From Parcubacteria group bacterium (GTDB lineage Bacteria; Patescibacteriota; Patescibacteriia; UBA1558; GWA2-36-10), in assembly GCA_003104935.1 (NCBI GenBank), contig PQAE01000003.1:9350-73349 (forward strand): 64,000 nucleotides of DNA, written 5' to 3'. Made by a program: the position numbers and the translations under genes. Shown here one piece after another: positions 48,117 through 56,612 of this stretch. The notes beneath the pieces were generated by a model. That model searched no databases and was not told where the DNA came from. It saw nothing but the letters and a program-made list of their open reading frames with translations. Each line of letters opens with the position of its first letter. Position 1 is the first letter of the stretch.

Positions 48117-50351
48117 TTAATTTTTTTCCAGCCGCTTATTTATTTGCTCCAGTATTTCCTTATAACCGGCTTCCAATATTCTGACTCTTTCTCCCTCACT
48201 ATTCTCCAAAAAGGGCAACATACCGCGCGCACCCTCTATATCCTCTTTTAGTTTACTGAGGTAGGCCAGATCGGCGGATTGGATTTTATCCATATTAAAA
48301 TGAAAGGAAGGATCACCGCGGTTTATACTTTCAACTGCCAGTGCTACTGGTTCCACTTTTACCTGTTCGGTATCCGGAGCCACATCCTTGACGGTTTCCA
48401 GATCTATAACGGCCGGTTGCTCTGTTGCTGGTTTGATTTGGTCACTGGTATCAATGATCTTCGGCTCATCATCAATCACTGTTTTATTGGGAATTTCCCA
48501 GGGAGATTTTTGACCGGTGGCGGCAACATCGCTTTCCGGGGTATTATATTTTACCTCTGAACCTTCCAGGGTTTTATGCTCCGGCGCCCAGGGGGACTCG
48601 GTGGACTTGGGTACAAATGTTTCTTCTGGCTGAACCTTGTCCGGCAAAGGTATTTGAGACTCGGATGGGTGTGGGTCAACAGCTTGTTGAAAATATCCCG
48701 CCTTAAAGGCCTGTTGCATTTGTTTAGAGTCCTGAATCGCGAAATCTTGGCGTTCATCACCGTTGGTATCCACAAAATAGCGATCGCTACGCATCGGCCA
48801 GGAACCGGTATGGTATTTTTGGATCAAAGCATATTGACCTTCAGGGCCGAGTTGGACCGGACGCCAAATATTAGCTTCACCGCCTTTTATGTCATTAAAG
48901 CTCTTGACAACATTGTCATCCAAGGATTTTGCTAGGTCATCAATGGAACCTTGCTCATGGTAATTTACGCTTTCAGCATGATGTTTAAGCTGATGATAAA
49001 AAACACTGGTTTTATCCGGACTGAAATTGTGCTCCCGGCCATAATCATTGACGAAATGATGCAGGTTACGGTCGCTTCTGGTTTCCAGAACACTATGAAA
49101 TAAATCGTTTACTTTGCCTTCGGCTTTAGCCGCCTCAAACAACTGAGCATTATAGGATGCGCCGCGTTCGCTCAAAAATTCGTCCAACCCCGCCTCGGGA
49201 TGACCGGCTACTGCCCCTGTTTCCACAGGATGGGAAATGATGCTGTGCTCACTCATAAATTTATCCAGATCTGCCGGAGACATTTCCAGAGAACGACCGT
49301 CTGGCATAACTACGTTTGGCTGGCTATCACGGTCCCAATCATAAACCTTATAAACTCCGTCTTTGCCATGAATTTCCATATACTGATTGCCGGTTTGCTG
49401 GTCTAGATGAACTCCATGCTCCACTTCCGGATTAAATTTAGCATCCGCAAAAATCTTTTCCATGTTATTATCAGGCAGATGACCGGCTTTGATGCCGGAG
49501 GAGGCCTCAAAACTCAGGTGCGGATGTCCGTCCTTGAAATCAACTACCACCTTATCCCCGCTATGTACCAAGTCGGCCAGATTGCCGCCCTGTTCCTTAT
49601 TGAGTTGAGCGACTAAATTAGCAGTCTGATTTTCGGCAAATTTATCCAGAGCCACGTGATCATTGATATCACCGTGATAGCCGAACTTCTCTGGATTATG
49701 CTCTATCATATCATGGGTAGAACGCCAAATAGAATCACTGCCCTGGACTTTACTGGAATCAATAACGTCTTCTAAATGAGTAACCGAAGCTTGACTGGCC
49801 TGAGCATGTTCCATAGTTGGAATCCAGTTAGCTTCCGGACTCGTCGGCTGACCAGCAACCTTGTCCGGATCAGCCGTAAAAGGAAATCTTTCTGTTGCCG
49901 AAGTTTTATCAGGATGAAATTCTTGTTCCGGACTAAGTTCACCGTGCTGACCGTCGGCGTCGTGATGCCTACTCATGTTCATAAATAAACCTCCGGCGGC
50001 TCCCAGCACCGCTCCTCCTATAGCCATACCCAATTTTAATTTTTTAGAATCCGAAATTATTTTTTTGGTGTCTTTTTCCATCTGTAGCCCCAAAGATTTG
50101 GTGTGTTCACTGATACCTTTAAGCAGATCAGCGGCATTTCTTTTGTTCCGATTGTTTTCAAAGTTCTGAAAATTATAGAGAAAATTTTCCGCCCGGCTCT
50201 TGAGCATAGGGTCGGCCTCGAAAGTCCCGAGTTTTAATTGGCTCTGCACCAGCAGGACGTTTTTCTTGACTTCGGCTAAACTCTTGGCGGGTATTTCTAA
50301 ATCTGTGATAGCGGCTTCGGCCTTATCAATAATCTCCTCTATCTTCTTCAT
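48117..50351 (-). CDS. Giant coiled-coil/glycine-zipper membrane protein B (about 744 aa; unknown function)
   Basis: Start chosen at the Met that gives an ATGA overlap with the upstream stop (plus-strand tcat at 50348-50351); the ORF-track alternative start is 50402. N-terminal coiled coil, GxxxGxxxG transmembrane glycine zipper (LGMAIGGAVLGAAGGLF), then a roughly 600-aa His/Asp/Glu-rich soluble region. Confidence 0.6.
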   Translation of the reverse strand: MKKIEEIIDKAEAAITDLEIPAKSLAEVKKNVLLVQSQLKLGTFEADPMLKSRAENFLYNFQNFENNRNKRNAADLLKGISEHTKSLGLQMEKDTKKIISDSKKLKLGMAIGGAVLGAAGGLFMNMSRHHDADGQHGELSPEQEFHPDKTSATERFPFTADPDKVAGQPTSPEANWIPTMEHAQASQASVTHLEDVIDSSKVQGSDSIWRSTHDMIEHNPEKFGYHGDINDHVALDKFAENQTANLVAQLNKEQGGNLADLVHSGDKVVVDFKDGHPHLSFEASSGIKAGHLPDNNMEKIFADAKFNPEVEHGVHLDQQTGNQYMEIHGKDGVYKVYDWDRDSQPNVVMPDGRSLEMSPADLDKFMSEHSIISHPVETGAVAGHPEAGLDEFLSERGASYNAQLFEAAKAEGKVNDLFHSVLETRSDRNLHHFVNDYGREHNFSPDKTSVFYHQLKHHAESVNYHEQGSIDDLAKSLDDNVVKSFNDIKGGEANIWRPVQLGPEGQYALIQKYHTGSWPMRSDRYFVDTNGDERQDFAIQDSKQMQQAFKAGYFQQAVDPHPSESQIPLPDKVQPEETFVPKSTESPWAPEHKTLEGSEVKYNTPESDVAATGQKSPWEIPNKTVIDDEPKIIDTSDQIKPATEQPAVIDLETVKDVAPDTEQVKVEPVALAVESINRGDPSFHFNMDKIQSADLAYLSKLKEDIEGARGMLPFLENSEGERVRILEAGYKEILEQINKRLEKN

Positions 50352-52429
50352 GGCCTTAACCTCCTTGACCCGCTCAACACCCTCAGCGGCCATGTAACCC
50401 ATACCAGCGCCGACAAGGCGCCGGTAGCCACCCTCACTAATCCTACCTGTTGCACCGCAAAAGCCATGGTCGCACCAAAACCGATACTCAAAGCAGTGTG
50501 CTTATGCCTAGTTATTATATTATCATCTTGTTCCGACTCAGCGCCCTTAAATCCTCCTTGGGCCAGATTATACCTGGCAATTAATTTAAAGTAGCCAGGT
50601 TTTTCCTTTTTTATTCGGTCCAAACTATCCTTGGCCGCAATCTCGTTTCGTTCATGCTGAGCTAAGATCTCCGCCACCATCACAGCGGCGCTACGCACCT
50701 GATCCGGAGAGGCCTTGGCATATTCTGGGTCGGCGCTAATCATGTTATAGGCCCGATAATAAAATTCTTGAGCCACCTCACCCAATAACTCGGTCTGCTT
50801 TAAAACATCAGCGCCTTTTGATTGTTCAGACTGATATTGTCCTAAAAGCTCCCGGGCTTGCTCATTGGTCTGGTCGCGCAAAACATTGCTCAGAGTAGCG
50901 CTGATTTTACCGCGTACCTTATCTTTATTTTTGAAAAGCTCCTGCAACACCCTATCTCTTTCCTTGGCCACTTCCTTGATCTTATCTCCGGCCTTGGCGG
51001 TCTGTCGCTTTTCTAATAAATATTTGTATAATCTACTTACTGACGCCCCACCTAGAGCACCACCAGCCGCGGCCACGCCACCGATAACCAAAGAAGGAGC
51101 GATCACCGGTAAAAGAGCAGCGGTGCCGAGCAATGTCGCGGCGGTACCGCCGGCAATAGCGCCCATCTTCAGAGCATTTTTACCAAAACCTTTAGCCAAA
51201 CCCTTCCAGGAATCCTGTCCGCTAAGCGCCAAGTTTACCTCTGCTTCAATACTAGACTCTAGGGCCTGCTGGATGGTCTCAGCCGCTTCCCTAACCTGCT
51301 CCTCGGTCATCAGATCTTCCATATTCTTGGCGGCCAGGATCTCCTTTATTTTGCCGGCATAGAAATTATTTATCTCTTCCTTAACTGTCTCCAGTTTAGC
51401 CTGGAGCTCCGCCAGATTGGTTTCTGACGATATGCCGACTGTGTCTTCGTCCACGGTTTCCGGTCCGGCCGGCATCTTTTTCTTTTTTTTCTTTTCTTTT
51501 TTCGGCGCTTTATCATCCGCTTCCGCCAGACTCAGTTCCTGGCGAGCGTGATTATAATTTGATAAAAGGTGTTCTAAAAAAACTGCCTCGGCTTCGGAAA
51601 AATTCTTCATTATTTCTACGGAACTGACGTCCACAAAACCTAGTTCTCTTTTTATTTTCTCCAAATCCGGAGCAACAGATTTCGGCTCTTTAATGGGTAA
51701 AACCGGTTTCTTTTTTTCTTTTTCTCGTTTTTTTTCTGCCCGGCTACCAGCTTTATCGCCTTCGTCTTCGGGATTTATGTTTTCGGCGGTTCTCGGAGGA
51801 TTGGTTGGCGGTGGCGGAACTGTTGGGCCGGCGGTTGACCGACGAGATGGTGTTTCGGTATCAACGTCAAGCGGTTCTTCCTTTTTCCGATCTTTATCCG
51901 CTACCGACTCCGTTGTTGATTCTTTGGCCGGAGACACTACTCCACTCTCCTCAAAATCAACATAGACAACCTCCGACGTTTTTAATGTCGGCGCCAATTC
52001 ACCGGATTTTTCCGCAGTCCCCCGGCCAGCAACGCGCTGAAAGGAATTTTTTACGCTGGCTAAAGCTCCGCGCGCTTTTTCCGCATATCTTTTGGCGGCC
52101 GACCGCACAGGCTCGCAACCACTAGAACTAGCCGCCTCCCGGGCAGTAGCATCAATTTTTCTGCTTAGCTCCTCTACTACTTCAACATGACTCATCCGGC
52201 CACCAACATCGCGACTTCCCGGCTCACTTGTTTCTCCTAATAATTGCTCCACTTTTGCCGCGCCAGCAGTGCCGGTAGCCGCTTCCGCCCGATAGGCGGC
52301 ATCATTAAAATCACCGGTCTTGACCTGTAGACTATCTGCCAGGCCTTCCAGTAAGGCTACTTCTGCTTCCACCGAGATTTCTGGTCTGACCTCCGGGATT
52401 TCCGGCGTGCTGGTTTTTTTCTCGTCCAT
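50348..52429 (-). CDS. Giant coiled-coil/glycine-zipper membrane protein A (693 aa; unknown function)
   Basis: Acidic coiled-coil N-terminus; Pro- and Lys-rich low-complexity tracts (KKEKKKKKK); glycine-zipper TM hairpin (GAIAGGTAATLLGTAALL...IGGVAAAGGALGGA); a second hydrophobic segment near the C-terminus. Confidence 0.6.
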   Translation of the reverse strand: MDEKKTSTPEIPEVRPEISVEAEVALLEGLADSLQVKTGDFNDAAYRAEAATGTAGAAKVEQLLGETSEPGSRDVGGRMSHVEVVEELSRKIDATAREAASSSGCEPVRSAAKRYAEKARGALASVKNSFQRVAGRGTAEKSGELAPTLKTSEVVYVDFEESGVVSPAKESTTESVADKDRKKEEPLDVDTETPSRRSTAGPTVPPPPTNPPRTAENINPEDEGDKAGSRAEKKREKEKKKPVLPIKEPKSVAPDLEKIKRELGFVDVSSVEIMKNFSEAEAVFLEHLLSNYNHARQELSLAEADDKAPKKEKKKKKKMPAGPETVDEDTVGISSETNLAELQAKLETVKEEINNFYAGKIKEILAAKNMEDLMTEEQVREAAETIQQALESSIEAEVNLALSGQDSWKGLAKGFGKNALKMGAIAGGTAATLLGTAALLPVIAPSLVIGGVAAAGGALGGASVSRLYKYLLEKRQTAKAGDKIKEVAKERDRVLQELFKNKDKVRGKISATLSNVLRDQTNEQARELLGQYQSEQSKGADVLKQTELLGEVAQEFYYRAYNMISADPEYAKASPDQVRSAAVMVAEILAQHERNEIAAKDSLDRIKKEKPGYFKLIARYNLAQGGFKGAESEQDDNIITRHKHTALSIGFGATMAFAVQQVGLVRVATGALSALVWVTWPLRVLSGSRRLRP

Positions 52430-52433
52430 ATGC

Positions 52434-52613
52434 TTAAAACTGCGACTTAATTTTTTCTAATATTTTATCCATGGCCTCATTTTCCTGACTGCGATGGGCC
52501 TCTAACTTTTGCCTGGTATAATTATCCAACTTAAATATAATCTTATCTAACTCACTCATCAGATTTTTATGAAGCGCCTGGATGTCGGCTAATATTTTCT
52601 CTTTATCGGACAT
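52434..52613 (-). CDS. Small 59-aa coiled-coil protein (MSDKEKILADIQALHKNLMSELDKIIFKLDNYTRQKLEAHRSQENEAMDKILEKIKSQF)
   Basis: Fills the 52430-52615 gap exactly: starts 3 nt after the upstream stop and ends 5 nt before the next start. Not in the ORF track because it is under 60 aa. Confidence 0.4.
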   Translation of the reverse strand: MSDKEKILADIQALHKNLMSELDKIIFKLDNYTRQKLEAHRSQENEAMDKILEKIKSQF

Positions 52614-52615
52614 AA

Positions 52616-52954
52616 CTATTCTGCCTTTTTTAAATCCATCAATTTAGCGGCGCTACTTAAAAACTCTTCGCTAAATTGGGCTAAGGTTTTTTTAACCTTA
52701 GCTTCAAAATCCGGAATTTCTTTATTAAAAAACTCCAAAAGCATTTTCTGATCCGGAGTTTCATTTTCCCTCATGATTTGCTCAAATTTTTTCAGGCCGT
52801 CCTCGTCCAATTCGCCTAGGGCCATGATGCCCAGACGCTGTTCTACTTCCGCCCTCAATTTCTGCAGATAATCCTTTTTAAATTCCTCCGGCAGAGCATC
52901 AATGCCGGCCTTGGTTAATAGTTCTGCCACATAGGTGGCAATAACATCCTCCAT
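52616..52954 (-). CDS. Small acidic helical protein (112 aa; unknown)
   Basis: ORF in an operon position between the SPFH gene and the giant genes. Confidence 0.5.
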   Translation of the reverse strand: MEDVIATYVAELLTKAGIDALPEEFKKDYLQKLRAEVEQRLGIMALGELDEDGLKKFEQIMRENETPDQKMLLEFFNKEIPDFEAKVKKTLAQFSEEFLSSAAKLMDLKKAE

Positions 52955-53058
52955 ATTTTTTTTTACTACTTAAATCACCCATATTATCTAATATTTCCGT
53001 AAAAAAAGCAACCCCGTCCCCTACACCGTGATGGTATAGGGAAACGGGGTTGCGGCTG

Positions 53059-54711
53059 TCAGGTTCTGCTTCCGATGTACTTGCTGATCCCATCCAGGAA
53101 TCCGGCCGGGAAGGCGACGGTTCCGCCGCTCTCAGCCAAACGCAGGGCGGTCAGTAGACGCATGGCTTCGGCCTTGTCGCCGAGATCCAGACTCTGGTAG
53201 ATGGCTTCTACCTGCCGAACGATGAAATCACCTTCGCCCTTTCCTTGCTCAGCCCGAGCCCGAGCGTACTTGACGGCCGTCTGGATTTTGGTCTCCGCAA
53301 CACGAAGCGCCTTCTGGGCCGCCTCGATGTCGGGTGACTGATTGACGTCCATGATCTGGAAGCGGACCAGGCGCACGCCGGTATGGCGACGGAGATCCTC
53401 AGCCAGATACTGAGGGAAGGTCTCGTAGGTACGCCCTTCCCTGCTCAGATCGACCATGTCGATTTCGGTCAGCAAACTCTGCTGGCGCTCCTCAACTAAC
53501 TGATGGAAGTTGGTGAGACGCGGGTCTTCTGCCGGACCTCCTTCCGGAGCGACGTAAGGTTTGGACGTGATCTCTGTCAGCAACTCCTTGCGGACTTGCT
53601 GTTCGATCTGCGTCTCCCGCTTACGGTTGATGTCGGCCACATTCCCCAAGTAGGGATTTTTGACCTTGGCTTCGTTGTTGGTGAGCTGACGGGTGTATTC
53701 CGTCAGTGCTCCTTCGACATAGCGGGCGATCAGTCCTTGGAACTTGGCATCGTCTGAACGGTCTTCGTCGGCCAGGCGCAAGAAAGGTCTGGGATCGTGA
53801 CGCATGACGGTCAGCTTGTAGGCGATCTGAATCGGCGGTCCAGGTTCGGTGCCGACAGTCGCCTTACCGTTTTCATCTACATCCAGCAGTTCCGGACGGG
53901 TTGGGATGAACTCGGTCTTCAGTGCCGTGCCCTTGGGACCGTTGATTTCCAGCTCCTCGCAGAAGAGCTCGGCGATGTCAAAACCGGGAAACCAACTGGG
54001 AATCAGGATCAGGTTCAAACCCTCATCCATCCAGCGCCTATTGAGCATCAGCCGATTCCACAGCCAGCTGGGCTTGAGGCCCATCTCTCTGCGGATCATC
54101 TGCTCAAAGTAGCGCTCTTCCTCGTTGAGTGCCTCGGACTCCTTCTCATTGGAGTCGGTGTACCGGATCTTGGACAGATCGGGCAAACCATAGCGAGGCT
54201 TCTTGAAGAAGATGACTACCCAACGCTCACGAAGATTAGGGTTGTAGAAACAACTCATCAAGTAACCGACACCGGCTCCCATGATTCCGGGAAGCCATGA
54301 CCAGGCTGAAGTGTGCCAGATCCACCACAACAAAGAGCCGTGGAAAACCAGACATCCAATCAGTCCCGGCCAATGCAAACCGGCCTTGTTCAGATCTTTG
54401 CCGGTGAGAGCGTCAGTCCTAGCGTTCCAGGACTTCGGTACCAGAACGGAAAAGAGCCGCCATAGTCCGAGGCCAGAAACGACCAGTGTCAACAACCACT
54501 GCCACCAAGAAAGATGCCTAAGCACCCCACTGATGTAGATCAGACCGATGATCAACGGGACCAGAATGGTCTGTCCCCAATTGATCTTTTTCGCCTTGAC
54601 CAGATTGCCAGTGGTGATGAAGCCGATGAGCAGAAGTAGCGCGAGTACCGGCCAGTGGTAGTAGTGATTCCAGTACCACATGACCTTATCCCAAAAGAGT
54701 TCGAACGACAT
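53059..54711 (-). CDS. SPFH/band-7 (flotillin/stomatin-like) protein with Trp-rich multi-TM N-terminus; high GC (about 57%)
   Basis: SPFH core (IPSWFPGFDIAELF...IQIAYKLTVMRHDPRPFLRLADE...FQGLIARYVEGALTEY) followed by a coiled coil; AGGAGG SD. Overlapping ORFs in all frames are GC artefacts. Confidence 0.65.
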   Translation of the reverse strand: MSFELFWDKVMWYWNHYYHWPVLALLLLIGFITTGNLVKAKKINWGQTILVPLIIGLIYISGVLRHLSWWQWLLTLVVSGLGLWRLFSVLVPKSWNARTDALTGKDLNKAGLHWPGLIGCLVFHGSLLWWIWHTSAWSWLPGIMGAGVGYLMSCFYNPNLRERWVVIFFKKPRYGLPDLSKIRYTDSNEKESEALNEEERYFEQMIRREMGLKPSWLWNRLMLNRRWMDEGLNLILIPSWFPGFDIAELFCEELEINGPKGTALKTEFIPTRPELLDVDENGKATVGTEPGPPIQIAYKLTVMRHDPRPFLRLADEDRSDDAKFQGLIARYVEGALTEYTRQLTNNEAKVKNPYLGNVADINRKRETQIEQQVRKELLTEITSKPYVAPEGGPAEDPRLTNFHQLVEERQQSLLTEIDMVDLSREGRTYETFPQYLAEDLRRHTGVRLVRFQIMDVNQSPDIEAAQKALRVAETKIQTAVKYARARAEQGKGEGDFIVRQVEAIYQSLDLGDKAEAMRLLTALRLAESGGTVAFPAGFLDGISKYIGSRT

Positions 54712-54802
54712 TTTCCTTACCTCCTACATTGAAAAAAAAATTCTGACAGCTTTTCAAAGGACTTGTCCCGTGGATATATTTTACCCACTGTAATAACAGT
54801 AT

Positions 54803-54831
54803 ATTATATCACATATTTAAAATATTGTCAA
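54803..54831 (-). promoter_or_regulatory. Perfect consensus promoter (TTGACA, 17-nt spacer, TATAAT) for the SPFH operon
   Basis: Minus strand: ttgaca (plus tgtcaa at 54826-54831), 17 nt, tataat (plus attata at 54803-54808). Confidence 0.55.
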
Positions 54832-54906
54832 TAACAAATTTATCTAGCAAAATAGGCTTAAAAACACTCTTTTTAAGCCCATTTCTTGGTAGAATTTTTT
54901 CAATAA

Positions 54907-55560
54907 TTAGGCCTTTCCCCTGCTTTCGGACCGATGCGCAAAATATGAATAGACAATAGTGCTCAGGATCAGAGCCATTGCTAAAATAAAAGTATAGACA
55001 GTCCAGCTGTCGGGGTAATATGGCGTTAGTATAAATAGCAATCCGGCGATTATAAACATCTTGGCGCCAAATTTATGGGTCTTGGCCCAGACATAGGGAC
55101 TAGATATGGTCCAGGGCGTACGGATGCCAACAAACCAATTGGGTTTTATCTGGGGCAGATACAAGCCCATAAATATAAACATCAGACCGATCAAAGTCGT
55201 CACTGTCCAGCCGATGGAAATATTATAGCCGACATTTACCAGGTTTGATATTATATAAATTACGGATAATAAAGATAAAATGCACAATTGAATGACCAGG
55301 TAAGGAAATTTAAATTCTTTATAGCCCTTTGCCAGAGGATCGATATGCGGCAGAAACTTGAACAACAGCCACATAAAAATTAACAATGACGGAAAAAAGA
55401 TAACCTGAAAATTTTTACTGCTCCAGCCGTTTGCCTCACCGTTTATTCCCCAGTGGGTGACGACCTTGGCCGGCAAAAGCGGGTAAAAATAAAACGAGCT
55501 ACCGACTGCTGCTAACAAAATTAGCAGGATGATGAGATTGACAATTTTTTCTTTGTTCAT
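54907..55560 (-). CDS. SdpI/YhfL-family membrane protein (DUF1648-SdpI; immunity-protein-like)
   Basis: N-terminal DUF1648-like segment (THWGINGEANGW) then polytopic SdpI-like TM helices; start placed at MNKEKIV. Confidence 0.55.
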   Translation of the reverse strand: MNKEKIVNLIILLILLAAVGSSFYFYPLLPAKVVTHWGINGEANGWSSKNFQVIFFPSLLIFMWLLFKFLPHIDPLAKGYKEFKFPYLVIQLCILSLLSVIYIISNLVNVGYNISIGWTVTTLIGLMFIFMGLYLPQIKPNWFVGIRTPWTISSPYVWAKTHKFGAKMFIIAGLLFILTPYYPDSWTVYTFILAMALILSTIVYSYFAHRSESRGKA

Positions 55561-55663
55561 ATATTTTTTCTTACGGCTCCTAGCTGATAGCCTATAGTAC
55601 ATAATTTATAATCACTAAAAATCCTGACCATAAACAATAGGCCATCAGCTATGGGCCGACTAA

Positions 55664-56521
55664 TTATTTTTGACAATGAGCGCAATAATGCGTGCCTCGG
55701 CCATTGATTTTTTTCTTCAGAATCAGTCGTCCACAGCGTACACATTTTAGGTTATGGCGGCCGTAAACTTTGAGTTGACGGCGATAGCCCCCGGGTCTGC
55801 CCTCGGCGGTCCGATAATCGCTAAAAGTGGTGCCGCCCCGGGCGATGGCCCGAGCTAAAATTATCTTACTGCTATTAAATAAATTCTTTAACTCCGCCGG
55901 CGATATTTTATGAGCCGGACGCCAGGGCAAAATCTTGGCCGACCAACAGATTTCGTCGGCGTAAATATTGCCGATGCCGGCCAAGTGCTGCTGGTTTAGT
56001 AATAAAGCCTTGAGTTTAGTTTTCTTTGCGCTGAATACTTTCTGAAAATTCACCCAGGTAAATTCAGGGCTGAGCGGCTCCAAGCCGAACTTTGCCCTAA
56101 TTTTATTTTTCTCCTGCTCCCCCACTATCCGAGCATAGCCAAACTGTCGCAGGTCGTTGAAATACAGATGCGATCCGTCTCTAAATTTGATAATGATATG
56201 CGAATATTTATTCGGTAGCTTTTCTATTTTTGGAAAATTATGTCCGCCGGCAATAAGCGTTTTTTTATCCTGATAAATCAGCTGGCCGGTCATCTTCAGG
56301 TGCACTAGAAGATATCTGTCCTTTTGTGAAAGTTTAAAAATAAGCAATTTGCCGACGCGATCAATACCAGCAATGTGTACTCCCCGCAAAGACCTTATAA
56401 AGTCAGAAATACGGCCAAAAATCATGCGCTTTTTCCTTACTTCTACGGCCACAATGCTTTTATGCAGTATTTTGCGGGCTAGTCCCTGCCTAATGGTTTC
56501 TACTTCTGGTAACTCCGGCAT
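55664..56521 (-). CDS. mutM: Formamidopyrimidine-DNA glycosylase
   Basis: MPELPEVE N-terminus (catalytic Pro2/Glu3); H2TH; C-terminal zinc finger (CVRCG...CAHCQ). Confidence 0.85.
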   Translation of the reverse strand: MPELPEVETIRQGLARKILHKSIVAVEVRKKRMIFGRISDFIRSLRGVHIAGIDRVGKLLIFKLSQKDRYLLVHLKMTGQLIYQDKKTLIAGGHNFPKIEKLPNKYSHIIIKFRDGSHLYFNDLRQFGYARIVGEQEKNKIRAKFGLEPLSPEFTWVNFQKVFSAKKTKLKALLLNQQHLAGIGNIYADEICWSAKILPWRPAHKISPAELKNLFNSSKIILARAIARGGTTFSDYRTAEGRPGGYRRQLKVYGRHNLKCVRCGRLILKKKINGRGTHYCAHCQK

Positions 56522-56547
56522 ATCCCCTAGTATAAAATATTTCGGCA

Positions 56548-56591
56548 GTAAAAACAAACCCCCCACTTTCTCGGAAAGAAAATGGGGGGGG
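56548..56591 (-). terminator. Intrinsic terminator (CCCCCCCA / UGGGGGGG hairpin plus U-tract) after giant protein 1
   Basis: 8-bp G/C stem followed by UUUGUUUUU on the minus strand. Confidence 0.5.
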
Positions 56592-56612
56592 ATTCATTTA
56601 TTTTTGCTTTAC

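Noticed and set aside
53503-54538. Plus-strand ORFs inside the SPFH gene (53503, 53797, 53849, 54281)
   Set aside because: High-GC open frames opposite a well-supported SPFH CDS.
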